Below, piece by piece: positions 37,991 through 50,333 of a DNA stretch of 64,000 nucleotides. Position 1 is the stretch's first letter, and every line of letters begins with the position of its first letter. Source of the stretch: Alphaproteobacteria bacterium (GTDB taxonomy: Bacteria > Pseudomonadota > Alphaproteobacteria > UBA828); NCBI GenBank assembly GCA_965214705.1, contig CBDCCI010000002.1:2208001-2272000 (forward strand). The letters are read 5' to 3'. The notes beneath the pieces are model-generated. The model did not search any database. It saw nothing but the letters and a program-made list of their open reading frames with translations, and had not been told where the DNA came from. A program made the position numbers and the translations under genes.

Positions 37991-40459
37991 CTATCGCGGG
38001 GCGGCCGCCGCCTGCGGCGGGAACGCAGCGGCCAGGGCATAGAGCACCAAAGCACAGCCGAGCACGGGCGTGAAGCCGACATGGAGCGCGATGAAGGTCG
38101 CGAGTGAGGCGCTCACCACCGAGGCGCAGGCGTTGATCCCCCAGGCCCAGGGCACCAGCGCGGGCGCGCGGGCGCCGAGGGCCTTGAGCCCGAGCGGGAA
38201 CGGCATCCCGAGGAAGAAGCCGATGGGGCCGAGCAGCGCGAGCGCCACGGCGAGGCGCGCGGCGGTCGGCCAGCCCTGCGCCGCCTCGAACACCCAGGGT
38301 AGCAGCCCCAGATAAGCACCGCCGACGGCGATGATCCCGGCTGCGACAAGCACGATGGGCGGCCTGCGCCCGGCCAGGCGTGAGAGGCGATCGATCGCGC
38401 CCGCGCCCAGGCCGGCGAAGACCAGGAGGCCGGCGAGCACCACCGCGATGGCGTAGAGCGGATGCCCGAGAAACACCGCAAAGCGCTGCATGAACGCGAT
38501 TTCGATGAAGAGGAACGCCAATCCAAGGCACGCGAAGAAGAGCACCACCCGCCAGCGGGCCGGCGGGCGCGCGTCCGTCGTGCGCGGGGCGCGAAGCGCG
38601 AGCAGCGGTGCCAGGATCAACAACGCCGCAGCAACGAACGCCTGCACCAAGGTCGCGACGAGGATCACGAAGCCCCATTCGATCAGCGGTAGCCCGCCCT
38701 GCGCACGCAGCGCGAGCAGCTCGGGCAGGGTCGACCACTTGAGGGTGTGGAAGAAGAACGGCCGGTCGTCGGTCGCGGGCGTGAGCGCGAACTTGTAGCG
38801 GGCCGCGTATCCCTCCGGATCGGGGCCAAGTATTGCTGAGGCGCCGCGATAGAACTCGGGCTGGGCCAGGCGGTTGTGGCGGTTGGCGTCGCCCTCGACG
38901 ATCCCCGGATGCCAGACCAGATCGAAGGCATAATCATTGGCGAAGGCACGCAGTCGGTCCATCGCGAGGCCGGAGAAGGGCTCGTTTCCGATTACCAGTG
39001 TCGTCGTCTTCCAGCCGCGGATCATGACGAGGTGCGATGCCGGATCCGCGACGCCCCGCGCCTCCAGCGCCCTCCGCGCGGTCCAGAGCAGCCTGAGCGA
39101 ATCCCGCGGCGGCAGCTTGAGCCAGCGGGTGACGGCGAGTACGCCGCCCGGCGCAAGACGATCCAGAAAGGTCTCGAACGCCTCCACCGTGTAGAGCAGG
39201 GATTCGTCGAGCGCGTGAACGCCCGCCGCCGCGGCGCTGAAGGAATCCACCAGCGCGATCTGAATCAGGTCCCACTGTTCGGAGGCGCGCGCCGCGAAGC
39301 TGCGGGCGTCGGCCACGTGGGTGCGGACGCTCTCTCCCTCCCACACGGCTCCGGGCGCCTCCGCCAGCACCTCGCGCACGATGGCGAGCACGTCCGGGTT
39401 CAGCTCCACCGCATCGACCGCGCGGGCGCCGTGGCGCAGCGCCCGCAGCACCTCCGCCCCGCCGCCGGCACCCAGCACCAGCACTCGCGGGGGCTCCACC
39501 AGATGGTAGGGGAGCGCGGCGGTCTCGACCTCCAGATAACGCAGGTCGGCATCGGCGCGGGTGATCGCGCCGGGGGCGCCGCCGTCGGTGAAGAGCCCGA
39601 CCTGCTCCGGCGGGCCGGCCGGCGCCATCAGGCTGAGGCCGGGCGCATGACGGAAGGGCACGCGCGGGCTCTCTACCGCGGCGAGCCAGCCGAGCGGGCC
39701 GTGACGCTCTGCGACGATGCGCGCATCGGGCGCGGTCAGCGCCAAGCTCAGCCCCTTGTAGGGCGAGGGGTGCGGGCGCAGCCAGTGATCGGGGAGCGCC
39801 GCGGGCAGGGTGAGCCCCGCGCACAGCGCCAGCAGTGCGCCGCCTCGCGCGAGCCGGCGGACGTTCCCGGTCAGCAGGACCACGCCGCCCGCAGCGGCGC
39901 CCAGCGCACCCACGACCCGCAACGCATCGGCGAGCGGCAGGGCGTCCAGCAGGAACACCATGCCCAGCGCCCCGAGGCCCGCGCCGACCAGGTCCATGCG
40001 GTAGAGCGCGCCGGCGCGCGCGGCATGTGCCCGAAAGGCCAACGCCAGGGCCAGCGCCGCGCTGAAGAACGGCACTGACAGCACAAGGTAGAGAGCGAAG
40101 AGCCAGCCGAGCTGCGCGCGGTCCCACGCAATCTCCAGCGCGTTGAACGGGAGTGACTGCGCCAGGGCGAAGGCCAAGGGCGCCCCGGCCCCGAAGCCCA
40201 ATGCCGCGCCGCCGAAGGCCCAGCGAAAATGCGCGAGGAGTCTGCGTTGCAGCACCGCGACCAGGCTGCCCGCCGCGCCGAAGCCGAGCAGCGCAACGGC
40301 GATGATCATGTAGGCGAAGTGGTGCCAGTGGACGATCGCCAGCAGGCGCGCGAGCAGGATCTCGTAACCCAGAATGCCGGCCGCGAGCAGCGCCACGGCG
40401 AAGAAGACGGCGAGACGGGACGGGCCGTTCGTTCCCTCTCCCGCGCCCTCGCCCGTCAC
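37991..40459 (-). CDS. Membrane protein with central spermidine-synthase-like SAM-binding domain
   Basis: N- and C-terminal TM clusters; VLVLGAGGG, VELNP, DAR, YTVEAF, P.TDDRPFF, GMPFP.G, WAWGIN. Confidence 0.85.
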   Translation of the reverse strand: MTGEGAGEGTNGPSRLAVFFAVALLAAGILGYEILLARLLAIVHWHHFAYMIIAVALLGFGAAGSLVAVLQRRLLAHFRWAFGGAALGFGAGAPLAFALAQSLPFNALEIAWDRAQLGWLFALYLVLSVPFFSAALALALAFRAHAARAGALYRMDLVGAGLGALGMVFLLDALPLADALRVVGALGAAAGGVVLLTGNVRRLARGGALLALCAGLTLPAALPDHWLRPHPSPYKGLSLALTAPDARIVAERHGPLGWLAAVESPRVPFRHAPGLSLMAPAGPPEQVGLFTDGGAPGAITRADADLRYLEVETAALPYHLVEPPRVLVLGAGGGAEVLRALRHGARAVDAVELNPDVLAIVREVLAEAPGAVWEGESVRTHVADARSFAARASEQWDLIQIALVDSFSAAAAGVHALDESLLYTVEAFETFLDRLAPGGVLAVTRWLKLPPRDSLRLLWTARRALEARGVADPASHLVMIRGWKTTTLVIGNEPFSGLAMDRLRAFANDYAFDLVWHPGIVEGDANRHNRLAQPEFYRGASAILGPDPEGYAARYKFALTPATDDRPFFFHTLKWSTLPELLALRAQGGLPLIEWGFVILVATLVQAFVAAALLILAPLLALRAPRTTDARPPARWRVVLFFACLGLAFLFIEIAFMQRFAVFLGHPLYAIAVVLAGLLVFAGLGAGAIDRLSRLAGRRPPIVLVAAGIIAVGGAYLGLLPWVFEAAQGWPTAARLAVALALLGPIGFFLGMPFPLGLKALGARAPALVPWAWGINACASVVSASLATFIALHVGFTPVLGCALVLYALAAAFPPQAAAAPR

Positions 40460-40465
40460 TCTGTG

Positions 40466-41215
40466 TCAGTGTCCGCCGGTCAGCGGAACGAAGATGACCG
40501 GCAATATCTGGCGGCTGGTGACGGCGCCGTCCTCTCTCTTCTCGATCAGCAGGAGCTGCTGCGTGAGGAAGGGGCTGCCCACGGGGATCACCATGCGCCC
40601 GCCCGGCTTGAGCTGGGCAATGAGCGGCGGCGGCACGTGGCTCGCGGCCGCGGTCACCACGATGATGTCGAAGGGCGCGTGCTCGGGCCAGCCGAAGTAG
40701 CCGTCGCCGGCCCGCACGATCACGTTGTCGTAGCCGAGCGCATCGAGTCGGTCCGTAGCGCTCGCCGCCAGCGGCTCCACGATCTCGACCGTGTAGACCT
40801 GGGCTACGAGCTCGGCCAGCACCGCCGCCTGATAGCTCGATCCGGTGCCGAGCTCGAACGCCACATCGTCGGGCTCCGGCGCCAGCAAGTCGGTCATTAA
40901 CGCGACGATATAGGGCTGCGAGATGGTCTGGCCGTAGCCGATGGGGAGCGGCCTGTTCAGGTAGCCGAAATCCTGCAGCTCCGGCGGCACGAAGAGATGG
41001 CGCGGCACCCGCCCCATCGCCTCCATCACGCGAGGCGCCAGCTCCCCCTTGCCGATCCACTCGGCGGTGCGCTCGGCGTCCAGGGCGACGGCGCGCACCA
41101 TGGCGGCCCGCGCCTCGGCGAACGGATCGTCATCGGCTGTGGCGACGGCGGAGTTCGCGAAAAGCAGCAGAGCCGTTGCGGCAAGCGCGACAAGGCCGGG
41201 TAGGGTCGGTCGCAT
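40466..41215 (-). CDS. pcm: Protein-L-isoaspartate O-methyltransferase with N-terminal signal-like peptide
   Basis: VPRHLFV, LPIGYGQTISQPYIVA.MT, ELGTGS.YQAA, GDG..GW...APFD.I.VTAA, QLKPGGR...PVG, FVPL. Confidence 0.9.
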   Translation of the reverse strand: MRPTLPGLVALAATALLLFANSAVATADDDPFAEARAAMVRAVALDAERTAEWIGKGELAPRVMEAMGRVPRHLFVPPELQDFGYLNRPLPIGYGQTISQPYIVALMTDLLAPEPDDVAFELGTGSSYQAAVLAELVAQVYTVEIVEPLAASATDRLDALGYDNVIVRAGDGYFGWPEHAPFDIIVVTAAASHVPPPLIAQLKPGGRMVIPVGSPFLTQQLLLIEKREDGAVTSRQILPVIFVPLTGGH

Positions 41216-41241
41216 CGCTCTCCCGGCCACCCGGCGCCGCG

Positions 41242-42885
41242 TCAGAGCGCGGCGGCGCGCTCCCTCAGCACGTACTTCTGGACCTTGCCGGTCGAGGTCT
41301 TGGGCAGCGCGCCGAACACCACGGTCTTCGGGCACTTGTAGCGCGCAAGCTCGCCCCGGCAGAAGTCGATCAGCGCGGCCTCGTCGACCTGCTCGCCGTC
41401 CTTCAGCGTGACGAAGGCGCAGGGCGTCTCGCCCCAGGTCTCGTCGGGCCGCGCCACCACGGCGGCTTCAAGCACCGCCGGGTGGCGGTAGAGCGCACCC
41501 TCGACCTCGATGGTGGAGATGTTCTCGCCGCCCGAGATGATGATGTCCTTGGCCCTGTCCCGGAGCTCGATGTAGCCGTTGGTGTGAACCACGCCGAGGT
41601 CGCCGGTGTGGAACCAGCCGCCGGCGAAGGCCTCCTCGGTCGCTTGGGGATTGGCGAGGTATCCCTTCATCACGGTGTTACCGCGCATGAAGACTTCGCC
41701 CATGGTCTCGCCGTCCGGCGGCACGGGCTCCAGCGTCTTGGAGTCGGCCACCATGAGCCCGTCGAGGGTGGGGTAAGCGACGCCCTGGCGGGCCTTGAGC
41801 GCCGCCTGTTCCTGGAGGGGCAGCGCATCCCACTCGTCGTGCCAGGCGCACACGGTGGCCGGGCCGTAGACCTCGGTCAGCCCATAGACGTGCGTGACGT
41901 GGAAGCCGGCCGCCTCGATGCGCGCGATGACGGCGGCGGGCGGCGGGGCCGCGGCGGTCATCACCTCGACACGGTGGTCGAAGGGCACGCGCTCCTCCTC
42001 ACTCGCGTTGCTGAGCAGGTTGAGCACGATGGGCGCGCCGCAGAAATGCGTGACCCCGTGCTCGGCAATCGCCTGAAAGATGGCGCCTGCCTCGACCTTG
42101 CGCAGGCACACGTGTGTCCCCGCATAGGCGCTGACCGCCCAGGTGAAGCACCAGCCGTTGCAGTGGAACATGGGCAGCGTCCAGAGATAGACCTGCCCAT
42201 GCGGCATGGCCCATGTGACGCCATCGCCGAGCGAGTTCAGATAGGCGCCCCGGTGGTGATAGACCACGCCCTTGGGGTTGCCCGTGGTGCCGGAGGTGTA
42301 GTTGAGCGAGATCGCCTCCCACTCGTCCTCGGGCCAGCGCCAGTCGTACTCGGGATCGCCGTCGGCCAGCAACGCCTCGTATTCGATGCCGCCGAGCAGG
42401 TCGCCGCCTTCCTCGGGCGCATCGTCGATATCGATGACCAGCGGCGCCGCTTCGGCCCGCGCGAGCGCATCGGCAATCACGGGCGAGAACGAGCGGTCGG
42501 TGAGCAGCACCCTGGCCTTGGCGTGGTCGAGGATGAAGCCGAGCGAGGCGGCATCCAGCCGGTAGTTGAGCGCGTTGAGCACGGCGCCGCACATGGGAAC
42601 GCCGTAGTGCGCCTCCAGCATCGCCGGCGTGTTGGGGGACATGATGGCGACCGTATCGCCGGGGCGGATGCCGCGCTTCGCCAACGCCGACGCGAGGCGC
42701 CGGCAGCGCGCGTAGAATTCAGCGTAGCTCGCTCGACGGCCGCCGTGAATCCAAGCCGTCCGCTCGGGGAATACCGCTGCGGCGCGACGCAGGAAGGAGA
42801 GCGGGGTCAGAGGGACGTAGTTCGCGTCGTTGCGCTCGAGCCCGGCCTCATACGGGCTCTTGTCGGTGCGCGTGCCGCCCATCAT
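41242..42885 (-). CDS. Acyl-CoA synthetase (AMP-binding)
   Basis: ANY.PLTP.SFL, YTSGTTGNPKG, YGLTE, GWFHTGD, DIIISGGENIS, KTSTGK.QK. Confidence 0.94.
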   Translation of the reverse strand: MMGGTRTDKSPYEAGLERNDANYVPLTPLSFLRRAAAVFPERTAWIHGGRRASYAEFYARCRRLASALAKRGIRPGDTVAIMSPNTPAMLEAHYGVPMCGAVLNALNYRLDAASLGFILDHAKARVLLTDRSFSPVIADALARAEAAPLVIDIDDAPEEGGDLLGGIEYEALLADGDPEYDWRWPEDEWEAISLNYTSGTTGNPKGVVYHHRGAYLNSLGDGVTWAMPHGQVYLWTLPMFHCNGWCFTWAVSAYAGTHVCLRKVEAGAIFQAIAEHGVTHFCGAPIVLNLLSNASEEERVPFDHRVEVMTAAAPPPAAVIARIEAAGFHVTHVYGLTEVYGPATVCAWHDEWDALPLQEQAALKARQGVAYPTLDGLMVADSKTLEPVPPDGETMGEVFMRGNTVMKGYLANPQATEEAFAGGWFHTGDLGVVHTNGYIELRDRAKDIIISGGENISTIEVEGALYRHPAVLEAAVVARPDETWGETPCAFVTLKDGEQVDEAALIDFCRGELARYKCPKTVVFGALPKTSTGKVQKYVLRERAAAL

Positions 42886-42986
42886 GATCTCCCCATCGCC
42901 GAAACGGGGCGCGATTCTGGTCGCGCGCCACCGCGATTGCAAACAGCGAATGCAACCAGACCGACAACCACGAGCGAGGAGGCGGC

Positions 42987-43505
42987 GTGCGGCGGCTCTA
43001 CCTGATGCGCCACGGCAAGGCGCAGGCCGGCATGCCGCCCGGCGGCGGCGATCTCGACCGCGCGCTGGTCGGCAGAGGCCGGAAAGAGAGCCGGAGCATG
43101 GGCGCCTTCTGCCGCGACCAGGCGCAACCGCCGACGCTGATTCTCTGCTCGCCCTCGCGGCGCACTGTGGAGACCTGCGAGTCGTTTTGCGAAGGCTTCG
43201 GCGAGAGCCTGCCGCGCCGGATCGTTGACGACATCTACATGGGCAGCCCGTCGGCGCTCCTGTACGCGGTGGCCGAGGCCGGTGGCAGCGAGCCCGGCGT
43301 CCTTCTCATCGGCCACAATCCCGGCATTCACGCGCTGGCGCTTGCGCTCGCCCGACGCGAGCCGGGACCGAATTACGCCCGGCTCTCCACGCGGTTCCCG
43401 ACGGCGGCGCTCGCCGTGTTCGAGACCGGGATCGACGACTGGGCCGCGTTCAGGGACGGGAGCGCACGACTGGTGGCCTTCAAGATGCCGAAGGAGATGC
43501 GCTGA
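42987..43505 (+). CDS. sixA: SixA-type histidine phosphatase
   Basis: LYLMRHGKA, D.DR.L..RG, CSP..R..ET, IGHNPG, FPTA. Confidence 0.85.
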   Translation: MRRLYLMRHGKAQAGMPPGGGDLDRALVGRGRKESRSMGAFCRDQAQPPTLILCSPSRRTVETCESFCEGFGESLPRRIVDDIYMGSPSALLYAVAEAGGSEPGVLLIGHNPGIHALALALARREPGPNYARLSTRFPTAALAVFETGIDDWAAFRDGSARLVAFKMPKEMR

Positions 43506-43529
43506 CGCGCGACCGGGCGCGCCTTTGCG

Positions 43530-44567
43530 TCAGTGCACTCTTTCGGTGCAGAAATCCACCACGTCGAGCAGGGCGTCTTTGGCCTCGGACGCGGGGAACA
43601 GACCAAGCGCGTCGCGGGCCATCGCGCTGTAGTGACGCGCCCGCTCCACCGAATCGGCGATCGCGTCGTGGCGGGTGAGCAGGGCCATCGCCCGCGCGAA
43701 GTCGTCGTCTCCCTGCTCCTCGTCCTCCATGGTGCGCCGCCAGAAAGCGCGCTCCTCATCGTCGCCCCGGCGAAACGCCAGCACCACGGGCAGCGTGATC
43801 TTGCCTTCGCGGAAATCGTCGCCCACCGACTTGCCGAGCACCGCTTCGCGGGCGCCGTAGTCGAGGGCGTCGTCGACCAGCTGATAGGCGATGCCGAGAT
43901 TGAGCCCGAAGCTCCTGAGCGCCTCCTCCTCGGCGGCGGAGCGCTCGGCCACCACCGCACCGAGCTGGCAGGCGGCGGCGAAGAGCGCGGCGGTCTTCGC
44001 GGTCACCACCTTCATATAGGCGGCCTCGCTGGTCTCGGTGTCGTTGGAGGTGGTGAGCTGCATTACTTCGCCTTCGGCGAGAGTGGCAGCAGTATCGGCG
44101 AGGATGCCGAGCACGCGGAGCGAGCCGTCGGCCACGGAGATCTGGAACGCGCGGCTGAACAGGAAGTCGCCCACCAGCACGCTCGGCTTGTTGCCCCAGA
44201 CCGCGTTGGCGGTCGCCGTGCCCCGCCTGAGTGCGCTGTCGTCGACCACGTCATCGTGAAGTAGCGTCGCGGTGTGAATGAACTCGACGCAGGCGGCGAG
44301 GTCGATGTGGCGCTTGCCGGTGTAGCCGCAGAGCCGCGCTGAGCCGAGCGTCATCATCGGCCGGAGGCGCTTTCCGCCGGCCGCGACGATGTGCGCGGCG
44401 AGCTCCGAAATGAGCATCACCGAGCTTTCCATGTTGTCCAGAATGACGCCGTTGACGGCGCGCAGATCTTCCGCGACCAGCCCGTGAAGCGGGTCCAGCG
44501 AGGCCCCGGAGGCCGCCTTGCGCCGCGCAGCAGCCCGCCCTTCGAGCGGAACGACCGTGTCCGACAT
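43530..44567 (-). CDS. ispB: Polyprenyl diphosphate synthase
   Basis: GGKRLRP, HTATLLHDDVVD..LRRG, KTA.LF, QLVDD.LDY, GK.VGDD..EGK.TLP. Confidence 0.92.
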   Translation of the reverse strand: MSDTVVPLEGRAAARRKAASGASLDPLHGLVAEDLRAVNGVILDNMESSVMLISELAAHIVAAGGKRLRPMMTLGSARLCGYTGKRHIDLAACVEFIHTATLLHDDVVDDSALRRGTATANAVWGNKPSVLVGDFLFSRAFQISVADGSLRVLGILADTAATLAEGEVMQLTTSNDTETSEAAYMKVVTAKTAALFAAACQLGAVVAERSAAEEEALRSFGLNLGIAYQLVDDALDYGAREAVLGKSVGDDFREGKITLPVVLAFRRGDDEERAFWRRTMEDEEQGDDDFARAMALLTRHDAIADSVERARHYSAMARDALGLFPASEAKDALLDVVDFCTERVH

Positions 44568-44692
44568 AGACCCTCTCGCTTGACGGCGCGCGCGCGCAAG
44601 GGCATCCATGCGCAACCGCGCCGGCGCTAACGTAACACTTGGCGCGCGGTCCGGCACGAATCGAGTGGGCCCGCCACGGGAGTCGGGACAGA

Positions 44693-44905
44693 ATGGTCGA
44701 GCTCCTGCGCACGAACGACCTGGTGCAGCTCTCGTTCCTCGGCGCCGTGCTGAGAGACGGCGGGATCGAGCCCATCGTGCTCGATCAGCACATGAGCGTG
44801 CTGGAGGGGAGCGCAGGCGCGATCCCGCGACGCCTCATGGTCGCCGACGAGGACGCCGATGCGGCACGGCGCATCTTGAGAGAGGTCGGTGCGCTCGATG
44901 ACTGA
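44693..44905 (+). CDS. DUF2007 family small protein
   Basis: M.ELLRTND.V.LS...A.L...GI...V.D.HMSVLEGS.G.IPRRLMV; usual position next to ispB. Confidence 0.85.
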   Translation: MVELLRTNDLVQLSFLGAVLRDGGIEPIVLDQHMSVLEGSAGAIPRRLMVADEDADAARRILREVGALDD

Positions 44906-45689
44906 GACCGAGTCCGCGCGGGTCACCAGCGACACGCTGCTCGGCGGCAGGGTCGCGCTGAACCAGCCGGCGGCGGGCTACCGGGTCGCGATCGATCCGG
45001 TCCTGCTTGCGGCCGCGGTGCCGGCCTCGGACGGCGAGCGCGCGCTCGATGTCGGCTGCGGGGTGGGCGCCGGCGCGCTCTGCCTCGCGAGCCGCGTGAC
45101 CGGCCTGCACGTTACCGGGATCGAGGTGGACCGCACCTTCGCCCAGCTCGCCAAGGACAACGCCGCGCTCAACGGGCTGGAGGAACGGCTGGACGTGTGG
45201 GTGGGCGATTTCGAGCGGCCACCGCCCAAGCTGCCGCCGAAGGGCTTCGACCACGTGTTCGCGAACCCGCCATTCTTCGAGGAGGGCGCGAACCAAGCGC
45301 CGGCCTCCCGCAGCCGCGCGCAGGCGACGGTGGAAGGCGCGACCGGGCTCGACGCCTGGATCGAGTTCTGCGCCCGGATGGTCCGCCCTGGCGGCTCTAT
45401 CACGATCATCCATAGGCCGGAGCGTCTGGCCCAAATTCTGGGCGGTCTGTCACAGGCGCGGGCCGGCGCCATCGTCGTCTATCCACTGTGGTCTCATAAC
45501 CCGTTCAGCGGCGCGCGCACCAAGAAGACCGCGAACCGCATCATCGTGCAGGCGACGGCCGAGCACGGCGGGTCCTTGCAGATCGCCTGCGGCATGATCC
45601 TGCACGACGACGACGGCAGCTACTCCCACACGGCGGACCGGGTCCTGCGCGGCGGCGGCGCGCTCACCCTCCTGGAGGAAGAGGCCTGA
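44898..45689 (+). CDS. TrmN6/YfiC-like SAM-dependent (tRNA adenine N6) methyltransferase
   Basis: Q...GYR...DPVLLAA, LDVGCGVG, NPPFF, I.R.ERL. Confidence 0.85.
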   Translation: MTETESARVTSDTLLGGRVALNQPAAGYRVAIDPVLLAAAVPASDGERALDVGCGVGAGALCLASRVTGLHVTGIEVDRTFAQLAKDNAALNGLEERLDVWVGDFERPPPKLPPKGFDHVFANPPFFEEGANQAPASRSRAQATVEGATGLDAWIEFCARMVRPGGSITIIHRPERLAQILGGLSQARAGAIVVYPLWSHNPFSGARTKKTANRIIVQATAEHGGSLQIACGMILHDDDGSYSHTADRVLRGGGALTLLEEEA

Positions 45690-46543
45690 TGAGGCGGTTG
45701 CTGGCACGCCTGACCTTCCGCCGCCCGCCGCCGGTGGTCTCGGTCGTGCGGCTTTCCGGCGTGATCGGGCGACCCGGCATGTTCGGCGGCCGCATCAGCA
45801 TGGAGGGAGTCGCTCCCGTGCTGCAACGGGCCTTCCGCCAGCCGGGGCTGAAAGCCGTGGCGCTCGAGATCAACTCGCCGGGCGGCTCCGCGGCGCAGTC
45901 GGCGCTGATCCACAACCGGATTCGCGCGCTTGCGGCGGAACGCGACGTGCCGGTGATGGCCTTCGTGGAGGATGTCGCCGCGTCGGGTGGATACTGGCTC
46001 GCCGCGGCGGCCGACGAGATTTTCGTGGATGACAATTCCATTCTCGGCAGCATCGGCGTCATCTACTCGGGTTTCGGCTTCCACGAAGCCATCGAGAAGC
46101 TCGGCGTCGAGCGGCGGCTCTACACCGCCGGCGAGAAGAAGTCGCTGCTCGACCCGTTCCTCGCCGTGCAACCGGACGATCTCGATCGCCTGCGCCGGGT
46201 GCAGGGCGACATTCACGACAACTTCAAGGAGCTGATCCGCGCACGGCGCGGCGCGCGTCTCGCCGAGAGCGATCCCGATCTCTTCAGCGGCGAGTTCTGG
46301 CTGGGCCGGAAGGCGATCGGCCTGGGGCTCGCCGACGGCATCGGCGATATCCGAAGCGTGCTGCGCGAGCGCTATGGCCGCAAGGTGGTCATGCGCAAGA
46401 TCGGCCGCCCGCGCGGCTGGCTGGCGCGGCGCCTGCGGCCGGGCCTCTTGCTCGGAGGCGATGGCGACGAAGCCGGCTCGCTGGCCGGTGACCTGCTCGG
46501 CGCGATCGAAGCCCGCCTCTGGTGGTCCCGCTACGGGCTCTGA
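45689..46543 (+). CDS. S49 family peptidase
   Basis: INSPGGS..QS, EDVAASGGYW, GSIGV, FSGEFW.G. Confidence 0.9.
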   Translation: MRRLLARLTFRRPPPVVSVVRLSGVIGRPGMFGGRISMEGVAPVLQRAFRQPGLKAVALEINSPGGSAAQSALIHNRIRALAAERDVPVMAFVEDVAASGGYWLAAAADEIFVDDNSILGSIGVIYSGFGFHEAIEKLGVERRLYTAGEKKSLLDPFLAVQPDDLDRLRRVQGDIHDNFKELIRARRGARLAESDPDLFSGEFWLGRKAIGLGLADGIGDIRSVLRERYGRKVVMRKIGRPRGWLARRLRPGLLLGGDGDEAGSLAGDLLGAIEARLWWSRYGL

Positions 46544-46719
46544 TCGACCCGGCGCGCTGCCTAACCAGCGGCCGATCACCTACATAGCGTTAGACCCCAA
46601 CGCCCCCTCTCCAAAATTCGCCGGAACTCCCGATCTTGCTGGAGGCGGTTCCGGGCATCGACTAACATCCGAATCAGGCTGCCCGTAAAGGGCCGGTCGG
46701 CGACTACAGGAGAGGGCCA

Positions 46720-47172
46720 ATGATTTCGCTGAAGATCAACGGCGTCAGTCGCCAGTTCCACGGCGATCCTGACATGCCGCTTCTCTGGTACGTCCGAGAC
46801 GAGCTCGGACTGACAGGGAGCAAGTTCGGCTGCGGCGCAGCGCTCTGCGGCGCCTGCACGATTCACGTGGACGGTGAGGCCGTCCGCTCCTGCGTCACTC
46901 CGGTATCGGAGGCCGACGGCAGGGACGTCACAACCATCGAGGGTCTCGATCCCGAGGGCAACCACCCCGTGCAGCGGGCCTGGCGCGCTCACAACGTGCC
47001 GCAGTGCGGCTACTGCCAGTCCGGGCAGATCATGTCGGCTGCGGCGCTGCTCAACGAGAACCCCGACCCCAGCGACGAAGAGATCGTTGACGGCATGGCC
47101 GGCAACATCTGTCGCTGCGGCACCTACCAGCGGATCTTCGCGGCGGTCCGCACAGCGGCGCAGGAGGTCTGA
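46720..47172 (+). CDS. iorA: (2Fe-2S)-binding small subunit of an isoquinoline-1-oxidoreductase-type molybdoenzyme
   Basis: KFGCG...[30 protein letters not shown]. Confidence 0.9.
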   Translation: MISLKINGVSRQFHGDPDMPLLWYVRDELGLTGSKFGCGAALCGACTIHVDGEAVRSCVTPVSEADGRDVTTIEGLDPEGNHPVQRAWRAHNVPQCGYCQSGQIMSAAALLNENPDPSDEEIVDGMAGNICRCGTYQRIFAAVRTAAQEV

Positions 47173-47174
47173 CC

Positions 47175-49469
<2,295 letters not shown>

Positions 49470-49482
49470 ACTCGCGGACGAC

Positions 49483-49522
49483 GGGGCGGCGGGGGATGCG
49501 AGACCCCCCGCCGCCCTTTTTC
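49483..49522 (+). terminator. Rho-independent terminator after iorB
   Basis: GGGGCGGCGGGGG...CCCCCGCCGCCCC stem followed by TTTTT. Confidence 0.85.
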
Positions 49523-49987
49523 TTGTCATGTCGGGTAAGGCGGCCCGGCTCGACTAGAGCGTGTTCGTCTTTGACGGACACGCGACAGGCCGCGACCGCG
49601 GCCCGCCGCTCCTGCGGCGCCCTCGCGGAAGCGCCGGCCGTAGGCCGGCTGCCGTGAGCGACAAAACGTTAGAGCGTTTCCGTGTAGAACATAGAGAGCT
49701 GCATTCGTGGCTTTAGGGATTGATCCGATATGCGATGGTCGTCCATTTCTAGTTTGGTATAACAGGTGCTTAGAGAATATTCAACCATGGACTTTCAAGA
49801 CTTGTGGCCATGGAAGTATTTTCCTGTCTTGTGGTGATAGTGACACCTGGGTGTTGAAAGGTCCCTCATACGGACGATTATCTGCGGCTTATGGGGTGTA
49901 TCCCGATGGCTGATATGTTGTCCGTATGGTTGGTATGGTTCAATAGGGACGATATCGGGCATCCTCCATAGGATAGCGAGCAGGCCG

Positions 49988-50320
49988 ATGCCGGCGAGAC
50001 AAAAGGGCGAAAAGCGGAAGCAGCGCTGGGTCGGTGCAACCGATGCCGAATGGGCCGAGATCAGCGAAGACGCGCAAGCGGCGGGATTGTCCAATTCCGA
50101 CTACGTCATCCGGTGCTGCCTTGAGGGCAAGGCGCGGGCCGAGCTTACCGATGTCGGTCTGCCCTCGCCGGTTCTGCGCCGGGCAGTGAAGGCGGTATTG
50201 ATCCTCGAAGAACTGCAAAGGCTGCGGCTCGCGAACGACGGCGAGACAGGCGAAGCACTGTGGCGGAGGGCGGTGGGCGAGGTGGACGCCTGGATCAAGG
50301 GCGAGGGCGATCTGGGATGA
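49988..50320 (+). CDS. Putative ribbon-helix-helix / MobC-like DNA-binding protein 1
   Basis: RWVGATDAEWAEI...A..AGLS.SDYV...L matches the beta-helix-turn(G.S.S)-helix RHH pattern. Confidence 0.6.
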   Translation: MPARQKGEKRKQRWVGATDAEWAEISEDAQAAGLSNSDYVIRCCLEGKARAELTDVGLPSPVLRRAVKAVLILEELQRLRLANDGETGEALWRRAVGEVDAWIKGEGDLG

Positions 50321-50333
50321 AGCGGAAGGTTCC

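Noticed and set aside
49554-49682. Two TAGAGCGT copies as possible IS630/MITE ends or att sites
   Set aside because: Only 8 bp, same orientation, and no matching partner found at the other side of the region.
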